The notes under the pieces are model-generated. The model did not search any database. It was not told where the DNA came from and worked only from the letters and a program-made list of their open reading frames with translations. 64,000 nt of DNA from Armatimonadota bacterium. GTDB lineage: Bacteria > Sysuimicrobiota > Sysuimicrobiia > Sysuimicrobiales > Humicultoraceae. The stretch spans positions 3,166 through 67,165 of the forward strand of contig JBBIOB010000008.1 of assembly GCA_037443565.1 (NCBI GenBank), read 5' to 3'. The first letter of the stretch is position 1. The number at the start of each line of letters is the position of its first letter. Positions 53,147 to 61,382 of the stretch are shown here, in pieces. A program made the position numbers and the translations under genes.

Positions 53147-53227
53147 CCTGACACCAGGTCAGGTCGGGGGCGGCACCTCCGGACCGACGAGGCCGGAGGG
53201 CGTCGTTCCGGTAGCCGCCCCCCGACC
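53147..53227 (-). terminator. Compound GC-rich stem-loop structure downstream of the dioxygenase gene; possible terminator or insulator
   Basis: Outer stem GGTCGGGGGCGGC (53162-53174) pairs with GCCGCCCCCCGACC (53214-53227) with one bulge. Inner hairpin CCTCCGG-N10-CCGGAGG (53176-53199). Adjacent hairpin CCTGAC-N5-GTCAGG (53147-53163). There is no U-tract. Confidence 0.4.
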
Positions 53228-53263
53228 TCTCTCCTGGACTGCAAGCGGATCTCTGGGTTCGCC

Positions 53264-54253
53264 CTACGTCACGACGGACGGCCTGTCGCGCAGTGTCGCG
53301 TCTCGGATCGGGCGCGGATCGCCGGTGGTGATGTCCTCCACCGCCGATGCCTCGTCGAACCAGCTTCTGGGAGCCACGTGACCCCAGAACGTCTGGCGTC
53401 GCGGGTCGTTGACACTCCACCGCAGCGGAGGCCGATCGGGATCGGCGGTCAGGTAGTCCCCGGTGTAGAGCTCGATGCGGTGGCCGTCGGGATCGCGCAG
53501 GTAGACGAACAGCGCATTGGAGATGCCATGCCGTCCCGGTCCGCGCTCGATCGCCGCGTGCATTCCGGCGCCGGCCAGGATGTCGCACGCGCGGATCACG
53601 TTGACGGTCTCCGGCAGCCAGAACCCGACGTGGTGTAGGCGCGGGCCGGTCCCGTTCATCAACGCGATGTCGTGCACGGTCTGCTTGCGGTGCAACCAGG
53701 CAGCCCACAATCGCGGGGGCGAGTCCTCGGTCTCGGTGTATTCCGAGCATCGGAACCCCCAGGCGGTCGTGTACCACTCGTAGGCCGGCTCGATGTCCGG
53801 CACCTGGCAGTTGAAGTGGTCGATGCGCATGATGTGCGGGCCTCGGTAGTGGTCGAACTGCCGCAGCATCCCGCCGACGCGCTCCATTGCGGCATAGAAC
53901 TCGACGGGCAGCCCTGCCGGATCCTGGACGCGCAGGCCGCGCCCCATGCCGGGCTCCTCGCCCTCGGCGACCCGGCGCACCGGTAGGTCCGCCCGGCGCG
54001 CGATCGTCTCCAGGTGGTCGAGATCCTCGGTGGACGCCACCTTGAACGCCAGGTGCGAGGCCCCGGCGGACGGGGCCAGGCGCAGGATGAGGCTGTGGTG
54101 CTCGGTCTCTTCGAGCCCCCGCAGATACAGGGCTCCTCCCCGGTTCTCGGTCTCCGTGAAGCCGAGAAGGTCCACGTAGAACGCCCGGGCCCTCCCGAGG
54201 TCGGTGACGCGGAGCGCTGCATGGCCCGCCCTGATGATGTTCGGCGCGCTCAT
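53264..54253 (-). CDS. hpaD: Type I (VOC-fold) extradiol ring-cleavage dioxygenase, homoprotocatechuate 2,3-dioxygenase-like
   Basis: Trimmed to the ATG at 54253 (ATGA overlap with hpaC). Two VOC modules, ...RIDHFNC..., ...LHHVGFW..., ...GHRIELYTGDY... metal-ligand contexts. Confidence 0.8.
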   Translation of the reverse strand: MSAPNIIRAGHAALRVTDLGRARAFYVDLLGFTETENRGGALYLRGLEETEHHSLILRLAPSAGASHLAFKVASTEDLDHLETIARRADLPVRRVAEGEEPGMGRGLRVQDPAGLPVEFYAAMERVGGMLRQFDHYRGPHIMRIDHFNCQVPDIEPAYEWYTTAWGFRCSEYTETEDSPPRLWAAWLHRKQTVHDIALMNGTGPRLHHVGFWLPETVNVIRACDILAGAGMHAAIERGPGRHGISNALFVYLRDPDGHRIELYTGDYLTADPDRPPLRWSVNDPRRQTFWGHVAPRSWFDEASAVEDITTGDPRPIRDATLRDRPSVVT

Positions 54254-54882
54254 TCGCCGATGTCCCTGGTCCCTGCCGGCTCCTGGCGGGGGCCCGCACC
54301 CCACTCCTCGTAGTAGATCGACACCCCGTCAGGACCCCACCGCTCAGGGGGCGCCGCCGGCACGGCGAGCGGCGCCAGGCGACGGTAGCGGCCGGCAAAG
54401 AACAGCAGCGGGTTGCCGGGCGATCCCCCCTCATGGAGGTCGAGCACGCGGCCAATGACGATGTGGTGATCGCCACCATCGTACAAACGGGCGACCGCGC
54501 AGCGGACCGTGGCGAGCGCGCCGACCAGGCGCGGCGCGCCGTCCCACGCCTCGAAGCGGAACTCGGGTGTCGGCAGATCCCGCCAGCCGCCCGAGAAGTA
54601 CCGGGACAGCACCTCCTGGTCGTCGCGGAGGATGTTGATCGAGAACGGCACGCCCTCGACGAGGTGTCCGGCCAGGCGCGCCTGACGGTCCACGCAGACC
54701 AGGACGAGCAGCGGGTCGAGCGAGAGGGAGCACACGGCGTTGGCCGTCATCCCCAGCACGTCATCCGCGGTGTACACGGCGACCACCGTGACCCCGGTCG
54801 TGAACAGGCCCATCGTTCGTCGATACGCCCGGGGATCTGGCCCGGCGGGGACAGGAAGGGAAGCCCCAAGCGGTCCACTCAT
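54250..54882 (-). CDS. hpaC: Flavin reductase component of a two-component monooxygenase (HpaC-like)
   Basis: 210 aa. ...FTTGVTVVAV...GMTANAVCSLSLDPLLVLVCV... flavin_reduct fold. ATGA overlap with the hpaB stop. Confidence 0.85.
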   Translation of the reverse strand: MSGPLGASLPVPAGPDPRAYRRTMGLFTTGVTVVAVYTADDVLGMTANAVCSLSLDPLLVLVCVDRQARLAGHLVEGVPFSINILRDDQEVLSRYFSGGWRDLPTPEFRFEAWDGAPRLVGALATVRCAVARLYDGGDHHIVIGRVLDLHEGGSPGNPLLFFAGRYRRLAPLAVPAAPPERWGPDGVSIYYEEWGAGPRQEPAGTRDIGE

Positions 54883-56390
54883 GGCTCCTCCCCCGCCGGC
54901 CGCCGTCGGGACCCCGCGGCGGCGGACGCCGCCGCCTCCTCCTCCTCGGCCCGGGCGAGGAACGCCCTTATCCGTTCCATGTACGGCGCCTTGTCATAGC
55001 CGGCAAACATCGCGCCGGCCATCCGCACCGGATCGCCGAAGAAGAACCGCTCGTACAGCACCTGGCGTCCGCCGAAGGCCGAAAGTGCCACGTCCCAGGC
55101 CAGGCGGAACAGCCGGATGCGGTCGCGCGCTCCTGCCCGTGCCGCCTGATAGTACTGCTCGATGACGGGCGCCAGGGGACCGGCGAGGTCCGCTGCGGTG
55201 GGCATCGCCATCAGGCCGCTGGCTCCGAGCTGGTGGACGATCTCGACCATCCGTGGGTACATCCTCGGGAACATGTTCCTGGCGGCATCCAGGGGCGGCC
55301 AGGCCGGCGTCATGACGCCCCACCGGTCGAGGGCGGCGTCGGCCTCGGCCGCGCGGAGGAAGGCGCGCATGGCCTCGAGCGTCTGGATGACCTCCGCGAC
55401 CTTCTCCTGCACGTGCTGGAACGACTCGATGGCGATCGCGTCGACCATCAGACAGACGAGCCCGAGGATGAACTCGGTCTTGGCGATGTTCTTGACCACG
55501 ACCTGGTGGGCCATGTGGATGACCGCCCGGGTCTCGGCGAAGGCCCGGTTGCAGCGCTCGACGTCGCCGAGCAGGAACACCCGCTCCCACGGCACGCGCA
55601 CGTCGTCGAACACGACCACCGCATCCATCTCCTCGAAGCGGCTGCCGAGCGGGTGGTCGTGCCGGGTCCGCCCGTAGTCGAACGACTCGCGGCAGATGAA
55701 ACGCAGTCCCGGCGTCGCCGTCGGGATAGCGAACGCGAACGCATAGGGCGCATCCTCGGCCTGGCCCCGCAGCACCGTCGAGGGAAACACCATGATCTCG
55801 TCGCTGACCGGCAGCGTGGCCAGCATGCGCGCGCCGCGCACCACGATGTCGGCATCGGTCTCCTGCACGACCGCCGCCGCCAGGTGGGGATCGGCCTGCT
55901 TCGACGGACCGACCGACCGGTTGGCCTGCGGGTTGATCAGGGTATGCGTGAGGCAGAGGTCGCGCTCGCGCACATACTCGTAGTACCGTCGGGCGTTCTC
56001 GCCGAACCGCGGATCGTTGGCCGCCATGTAGTCCGCGGCCGCCGCGTACGCCATGACCGCCCGGTTGAGGTAGTCGGGCGACCGGCCCAACATGCCGCCG
56101 GAGAACTCCGCCCAGCGCTTCATCATCCCGCGGACGCGGGCCAGGTCCTCGTGGGTGCGCGGGGTCAGGAAGGAGAGCCCGACGCGCTCGCCCGAAGACG
56201 GCGAGATGTACGTCATCTCGTCCCGCAGATCCGGGTCGTGCTGCATGTCGTACAACGACGCCACGCTGCGGATCACGCGGCGGAACGCCGGATGCGCGGT
56301 CGGATCGCCGACGCGTTCGCCGCCGATCCAGATCTCCTGGGGGTGAGCCCGCAGGCCATCGATGAACTGCTGTCCCGTCCGCGCTCCCAT
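54879..56390 (-). CDS. hpaB: 4-hydroxyphenylacetate 3-monooxygenase, oxygenase component (HpaB family)
   Basis: Trimmed to the ATG at 56390 (GGAGG 8 nt upstream). MGARTGQQFIDGLRAHPQEIWIGGERV...LTHTLINPQ... is typical of HpaB. Confidence 0.88.
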   Translation of the reverse strand: MGARTGQQFIDGLRAHPQEIWIGGERVGDPTAHPAFRRVIRSVASLYDMQHDPDLRDEMTYISPSSGERVGLSFLTPRTHEDLARVRGMMKRWAEFSGGMLGRSPDYLNRAVMAYAAAADYMAANDPRFGENARRYYEYVRERDLCLTHTLINPQANRSVGPSKQADPHLAAAVVQETDADIVVRGARMLATLPVSDEIMVFPSTVLRGQAEDAPYAFAFAIPTATPGLRFICRESFDYGRTRHDHPLGSRFEEMDAVVVFDDVRVPWERVFLLGDVERCNRAFAETRAVIHMAHQVVVKNIAKTEFILGLVCLMVDAIAIESFQHVQEKVAEVIQTLEAMRAFLRAAEADAALDRWGVMTPAWPPLDAARNMFPRMYPRMVEIVHQLGASGLMAMPTAADLAGPLAPVIEQYYQAARAGARDRIRLFRLAWDVALSAFGGRQVLYERFFFGDPVRMAGAMFAGYDKAPYMERIRAFLARAEEEEAAASAAAGSRRRPAGEEP

Positions 56391-56424
56391 CACACCGCCT
56401 CCATCGCGGGGTGTCGTGCCGCCG

Positions 56425-57195
56425 TCATGCCCCTCCGGCGCCTGTGCCGCCGCCGGTATCATCGCCGACCACGGGGCTTTCGAGTGCGCCCAACCTGTCG
56501 ATCTCGATCCGCATGCGGTCGCCCGGATAGACGTGCGAGATCCCCCTGGGGGTCCCGGTCAGGATGACGTCATCGGGTTCGAGGGTCATGAACTCGCTGA
56601 GGAAGGCAATGAGGTCCCAGACGCTGTGGGCCAGGTCTGCGGTCGTGCCCTCCTGCCGGAGTTCGCCGTTGACGTACGCGCGCAGGCCGAGCCCGTGCGG
56701 ATCGCCGATCTCGCCCTCCACGAGGACGGGGCCGATCGGGCAAAACGTATCCCATCCTTTGGCCTTAACCGGCGGCCGGTAGAAGTTGGTGATGAAGTCA
56801 CGGACGGTCACGTCGTTGGCGATCGTGTACCCACGAATGGCGTCGGGCGCCTGCTCGGGGCGCAACCGCCGGCTCCGCCGCCCGATGACCACGGCCAGTT
56901 CGGCCTCGTAGTGCAGGTACCGGACCCCGGCCGGGGAGACGACCGCACCGCCGTGTCCGATCAGGCTGCTCGCCGGCTTGAAGAAGACCGCGGGCTCCGG
57001 CGGCGCCTCGATGCCCAGCTCGCCCGCGTGCTCGCGATAGGTGAGCGCAAACCCGATGATCTTGCTCGGCGCCACCGGCGGCAGCCACGCCACCTGATCC
57101 AGACGATGGGATCCGCCCTGTTCATCCACCAGCACGTCACCGTCGATCCGACCGCGGCGCACGCGGCCATCCGCGATGAAGCGCGCGGTTCTCAT
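56425..57195 (-). CDS. Fumarylacetoacetate hydrolase (FAH) family protein (HpaG-type isomerase/decarboxylase-like)
   Basis: The ORF 56425..57612 was trimmed to the ATG at 57195 (ATGA overlap with the upstream stop). ...YEAELAVVIG..., ...DVTVRD..., ...KGWDTFCPIGP..., ...ILTGTP. Confidence 0.85.
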   Translation of the reverse strand: MRTARFIADGRVRRGRIDGDVLVDEQGGSHRLDQVAWLPPVAPSKIIGFALTYREHAGELGIEAPPEPAVFFKPASSLIGHGGAVVSPAGVRYLHYEAELAVVIGRRSRRLRPEQAPDAIRGYTIANDVTVRDFITNFYRPPVKAKGWDTFCPIGPVLVEGEIGDPHGLGLRAYVNGELRQEGTTADLAHSVWDLIAFLSEFMTLEPDDVILTGTPRGISHVYPGDRMRIEIDRLGALESPVVGDDTGGGTGAGGA

Positions 57196-58136
57196 CGAGG
57201 ACCGGGCTGCGGAGTTTCGTCGGGGCCCTGCACGGCCCGCGCGGACCGCTGCGCGTCCGCGCGGGGCAGCAGGCCGTACTCGCCGAGCAGCGCCCGCAGC
57301 CGGGCCTCGTTCTCGGGTCGCAGCGGCGCATGCGGCGGCCTGACCTCGGCCGCACACTTGCCCATCATCGCCAGCGCCGCCTTGGCCGGTACAGGGTTGG
57401 TCTCCATGAAGAGCGCATCGTTCATGGGCAGCAGGGCGTAGTGGAGGTCGCGGGCCTCCTCCCACCTGCCGGTGGCCGTCAGGTCGTACAGCCGCGCCAC
57501 CTCCCGCGGCATGACGTTCCCGGTGGCGCTCACGTGGCCTGCGCCGCCGAGCGCCAGGATGGGGAAGCACAATAGCTCGATCCCCGAGTAGACCAGGAAC
57601 TGCCGGCCGCACCGGTGCATGACGCGGCAGACGTGCTCGAGATCCTTGTTGGACTCTTTGATGCCGATGATGTTGCGGCAGTCGCGCGCCAGCCGGGCCG
57701 TCGTCTCGACCTCGAGGTTGACCGCGGTCCGGCCCGGGATGTTGTAGAGCACGATCGGAATGTCCACGGCGTCGGCGATCGACCGGAAGAACCGGTACAG
57801 CCCCTCCTGGCCGGGCCGCGTGTAGTAGGGGGTGACGACGAGGGCGGCATCGGCGCCGACCCGTCTGGCAAACGTGGTCAGGCGCAGCGTCTCGTCATAG
57901 TTCACCGAGCCCGTCCCGGCCAGCACCGGCACGCGCCTGCGCGCGGTGCGCACCGCCAGCTCGATGACGTGCTCGCGCTCCTCGATCGACAGCGCCGCAG
58001 GCTCGCCGGTGGTTCCGGTCACCCCGATCCCGTGGCTGCCGCTGTCGATCTGCCACTCGATCAGGTCGACGAGCGCGCGGTCGTCGACCCGGCCGTCCCG
58101 AAACGGCGTGACCAGAGGGACCAGAGACCCTCGCAG
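57192..58136 (-). CDS. DapA/DHDPS-family class I aldolase; the N-terminus extends upstream of the only canonical start, so a CTG start is proposed
   Basis: The track ORF starts at the GTG at 58022 (GVTGTTGEP). The same frame is open up to the TGA at 58145-58143 and encodes the conserved N-terminus LRGSLVPLVTPFRDGRVDDRALVDLIEWQIDSGSHGIG. That stretch has no in-frame ATG, GTG or TTG. The CTG at 58136 has GGGAG 9 nt upstream. The active-site context is ...YNIPGRT.... Confidence 0.7.
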   Translation of the reverse strand: MRGSLVPLVTPFRDGRVDDRALVDLIEWQIDSGSHGIGVTGTTGEPAALSIEEREHVIELAVRTARRRVPVLAGTGSVNYDETLRLTTFARRVGADAALVVTPYYTRPGQEGLYRFFRSIADAVDIPIVLYNIPGRTAVNLEVETTARLARDCRNIIGIKESNKDLEHVCRVMHRCGRQFLVYSGIELLCFPILALGGAGHVSATGNVMPREVARLYDLTATGRWEEARDLHYALLPMNDALFMETNPVPAKAALAMMGKCAAEVRPPHAPLRPENEARLRALLGEYGLLPRADAQRSARAVQGPDETPQPGPR

Positions 58137-58142
58137 GGCTGC

Positions 58143-58444
58143 TCACTCCCGACGACGCGTGTCAAAGTCGAAGGGGGGTTCGCTCCACCGGCGGAGCCCT
58201 CCTGCCCTCTCCGCCTTTGCCCTGACTGGGGCCGGATGCGATGGGGGGCCACCGCTCCGGCCTCGGCAAGCCGGGCGCGGACCATCACCGTGCGCGACGC
58301 CAGCTCCATGTGCCTGACCATAGACCAGGTCGAGTACACCGGGTGGACGAGGCCCAGATGCTCGAACTGCGCCGACATCTCCTCGGTCGCCCTGACGGTC
58401 ACGGACGCCTCAGCACCGGGTTCAAGCCCGGGTCGCATCGTCAC
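58143..58444 (-). pseudogene. Hotdog-fold thioesterase-like gene remnant (N-terminal half intact, C-terminal half frameshifted and truncated)
   Basis: MTMRPGLEPGAEASVTVRATEEMSAQFEHLGLVHPVYSTWSMVRHMELASRTVM resembles the N-terminus of small hotdog thioesterases (from memory). The frame then degenerates into low-complexity sequence. Weak family-like residues (SHPAPVRAKAE..., FDFDTR) reappear in another frame after a C6 run and end at the TGA at 58145. Confidence 0.35.
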
Positions 58445-58471
58445 CCCTCCCTGTGGGCTTGCCCACCGGGA

Positions 58472-60364
58472 TCAGGGAAGCTTGCTTGTCGTGGGCGCTC
58501 CCCCGACCTCGTGCCCCGCTGTGCCCGACACACGGCGACTCAGCAGCCGGAGAGCCGTAACAGCCCCGCAGATGCCCAGGCCTACCGCCGAGGCCATCAC
58601 CCCCGGATAGAAGAGGAGCGCCGCGCCCGCGATGAGCAGGACGCGCTCGATCGGGTGCAGCATGCCCGCAAAGTACCCCATGACCCCCGCGGACAGGAAC
58701 ACCACGCCGATCATCGCGGTGGCAATGTGAAGCGCCGCGTCCATCGGGTCGCCGCGCAGCAGGAGCGTCGGGATGAAGACGAAGCCAAAGGGCACCAGGT
58801 ACCCAGACAGCGTGAGCTTCATCCCTTTGAATCCCGTCTCGAGCCAGTTCGACCCCGCGATCGCAGACGCGGTGAAGAGCGCCATCCCTTCCGGTGGCGT
58901 GATCGTGGCCAGTACCGAGTAGTAGAAGATGAACATGTGCGCGTGGATCGTGGGGACGCCCACCGCCTCCAGCGCCGGCGCCACAGTGGCCGCGGCGATG
59001 AGATACGCGGCCGTGGTCGGCAGGGCCAGCCCCAGCACCAGGGTCGCCCCCACCACAAAGAGCAGAATGATGAACAGGCTCCCACCCGCGGCCTCGACGG
59101 CGAGCGCCGAGAACTTCAGACCGATGCCGGTGAAGACGATCATCGAGTAGATGAGCGCCGAACACGCGGTGCCCATCGCGGCTTCCAGCGTCCGCGTGCC
59201 GCCGTCGGCCAGGGCGTGCGCGATCGCGCGGGGACCCATGCGCGTCCCCCGGTGGAGCATCGCGATGCCGATGGTGAGCACGACGATCATCGCCGCCGCC
59301 CGAGGAGGGTTCATCCCGCCGACGACGAGCACGACCAGCGCGATCAGTGGGATCAGCATGTGGCCGCGCGTCAGCACGGCGTCGCGCATGGGCAGGAAGC
59401 CCGCGCGCAGCTCATCCGCGGTCAGGGCCCGGAGCCCCAGGCGCCCGGCCCCGAAGTAGACCGAGGAGCCGACGCCCAGGTAGTAGAGCACGGCCGGGAC
59501 CACGGCGGCGACGACGATGTGCGCGTACGGGATGCGCGTGAGCTCCGCCATGATAAACGCGGCAGCGCCCATGACCGGGGGCATGAGCTGACCGCCGGCG
59601 GAGCTCGCCAGTTCAACGGCCCCCGCCATCGCTGGCGGGAACCCGTACTTCTTCATCATCGGGATGGTGACCGACCCGGTGATGGCGACGTTCGCCGGGG
59701 CCGATCCGGACACGCTGCCGAAGGCCATGCTCCCCATGACCGAGACCTGCGCCGGGCCGCCGCGGATGTGCCCGGCGGTGCGCATTGCCACGCTGTTCAG
59801 CAGGTCGGCGAGCCCCGACTTCATCATCACCTGCCCGAGCACGATGAACACCAGGATGTAGGTGGCCGCGACACCAACCGGCAGGCTCCACATGCCGTCG
59901 GAGGTCAGGTACAGATATCCGAGTACATCCGTGAGTCCGAACCCGGCGTGGCCCCAGCTGCTCGGGATGTAGCGCCCGCCGATGGCGTAGGCGATCATCA
60001 CCAGCACCAGGATCGGCAGGGTCCAGCCGATCGTCCGGCGTGTGGCTTCGAGGATGACGACGAGCGCGACGACGGCCAGCCACACCTGCCCCCCGCGCGC
60101 GATTCCCGCCTGGTAGGCGACGTCTGCATGATGGAGGATGATGTACCCGACGGTGAGGATGGTCAGCGCGACGAGCGCCACCTCTGTCAACCGCACGCGG
60201 CCGAGGCGGGCGAGCGTCTCGAGAAAGATCAAGACGAGCGCGAAGAGCACGAACAGGGGCCGCTGGACGAACAGGTCGAGCCCGCCCCGCCAGGCCTCCA
60301 CCAGGAAGGTCACGGCGAATAGCAGGGCGGCGCCCCGGTAGATGTGCGTCAGCCACTGCGCCAC
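58472..60364 (-). CDS. TRAP transporter fused permease (TAXI-type, 4TM/12TM fusion)
   Basis: 630 aa, GTG start, highly polytopic. ...GSVSGSAPANVAITGSVTIPMMKKYGF... is typical of the DctM-like domain. Confidence 0.88.
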   Translation of the reverse strand: MAQWLTHIYRGAALLFAVTFLVEAWRGGLDLFVQRPLFVLFALVLIFLETLARLGRVRLTEVALVALTILTVGYIILHHADVAYQAGIARGGQVWLAVVALVVILEATRRTIGWTLPILVLVMIAYAIGGRYIPSSWGHAGFGLTDVLGYLYLTSDGMWSLPVGVAATYILVFIVLGQVMMKSGLADLLNSVAMRTAGHIRGGPAQVSVMGSMAFGSVSGSAPANVAITGSVTIPMMKKYGFPPAMAGAVELASSAGGQLMPPVMGAAAFIMAELTRIPYAHIVVAAVVPAVLYYLGVGSSVYFGAGRLGLRALTADELRAGFLPMRDAVLTRGHMLIPLIALVVLVVGGMNPPRAAAMIVVLTIGIAMLHRGTRMGPRAIAHALADGGTRTLEAAMGTACSALIYSMIVFTGIGLKFSALAVEAAGGSLFIILLFVVGATLVLGLALPTTAAYLIAAATVAPALEAVGVPTIHAHMFIFYYSVLATITPPEGMALFTASAIAGSNWLETGFKGMKLTLSGYLVPFGFVFIPTLLLRGDPMDAALHIATAMIGVVFLSAGVMGYFAGMLHPIERVLLIAGAALLFYPGVMASAVGLGICGAVTALRLLSRRVSGTAGHEVGGAPTTSKLP

Positions 60365-60390
60365 GGTGGGTCCTCTACGGCCCCGAGGCG

Positions 60391-61380
60391 CTATCTCGGC
60401 AGGCCTGCCGGCGGCTGCATCTCAGGCGGAATCCGAATCCCCACCTCGCGGTAGTACCGAAGGGCGCCGGGATGCACGGGGTACTTGGTCTGCAGCACCG
60501 TCTGTGGAGTCATCCCTTCGGCTTCCTTATAGATCCTCACCACCGTGCTGAAGTTGTCGAACACAGCCTTGGTGATCTGGTAGACCAGGTCGGGCTCCAG
60601 GTCGTGGCGGGCGGCCATGACCGCCCACGGCGCCAGGACCCATGCCTTGCCGGCCCCTCGATAGGACGGACCGAAGTCGGCCTCGGCAATCGGGAGCTGC
60701 GGCATCCGCTCCCTGACGAGCTCCAGTTCCTCGGCGGTGAACGAGAGGATCCGGAGCGGCTCCCGCAGCGAGATCTCGTAGTAGGCCGGCGCGATGGCGC
60801 CGGCCACGGCCACGTCGACGTCTCCATTCTGGAGCGCCGTGGCCGCATCGCCGTGCGGATAGTGGTAGAGCCGGCTGGGCCGGAGGCGCAGGATCTCAAG
60901 CAGACGCGTCCCCACCTGATCAGCCAGCGAGCCGCGCGTCAGCATGTTGAGCCGCTTGCCGTTGAGGTCCGAGAACCTGGTGATCCCGGAGCTCTGCTTC
61001 ACGATGAAGTGCACGTACTGGGGCGGCACCGTTGGATACATCTGCAGTGGGAACTTTCTGGCCTCGGCAAACTGACCTTGCCGCTGGAGGACCTGGAACC
61101 CGTCGACGGTGACCACCACGGCAATGTCCCCAAGCCCACTGGCCAGCCTGACGGCGTTGGCACCAAGGCCGGGAGTCGCCTGCACCGTCGCCGCAGCCAC
61201 GCCCCGCAGGTGTTCAGACAAGACCTGGCTCATCCCGGCCGCCTGGAGATACGGTCCGCCGCCGATGACCCCACCGAGCACGGTCAGACGGACTTGGGCG
61301 TGGCTCAGCCCCACAAGCGACAGCCCCAGCACCGCCACAAGGGTCGTGACCACCAACCATCGAGTCCCATGCGCGCGCAT
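60391..61380 (-). CDS. TAXI-family TRAP transporter solute-binding protein
   Basis: Start moved to the ATG at 61380 (AGGAGGAGGGG 8 nt upstream); the track start is the TTG at 61386. Signal peptide MRAHGTRWLVVTTLVAVLGLSLVGLSHAQ, and C-terminus ...VHPGALRYYREVG typical of TAXI receptors. Confidence 0.85.
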   Translation of the reverse strand: MRAHGTRWLVVTTLVAVLGLSLVGLSHAQVRLTVLGGVIGGGPYLQAAGMSQVLSEHLRGVAAATVQATPGLGANAVRLASGLGDIAVVVTVDGFQVLQRQGQFAEARKFPLQMYPTVPPQYVHFIVKQSSGITRFSDLNGKRLNMLTRGSLADQVGTRLLEILRLRPSRLYHYPHGDAATALQNGDVDVAVAGAIAPAYYEISLREPLRILSFTAEELELVRERMPQLPIAEADFGPSYRGAGKAWVLAPWAVMAARHDLEPDLVYQITKAVFDNFSTVVRIYKEAEGMTPQTVLQTKYPVHPGALRYYREVGIRIPPEMQPPAGLPR

Positions 61381-61382
61381 GC

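Noticed and set aside
52816-53151. 111-aa plus-strand ORF in the lower-GC island, including a 24-codon MAKITLSELAGSPRVHRHARKGRS tail
   Set aside because: It has no convincing RBS, overlaps the small peptide gene antisense, lacks the third-position G/C bias of real genes here, and has no recognisable motif.
58061-58444. 127-aa thioesterase-like ORF as an intact gene
   Set aside because: The C-terminal half is low-complexity (…GQRRRGQEGSAGGANPPSTL…), lacks the hotdog core, and overlaps the conserved N-terminus of the DapA-like gene by 76 nt. It is treated as a remnant instead.
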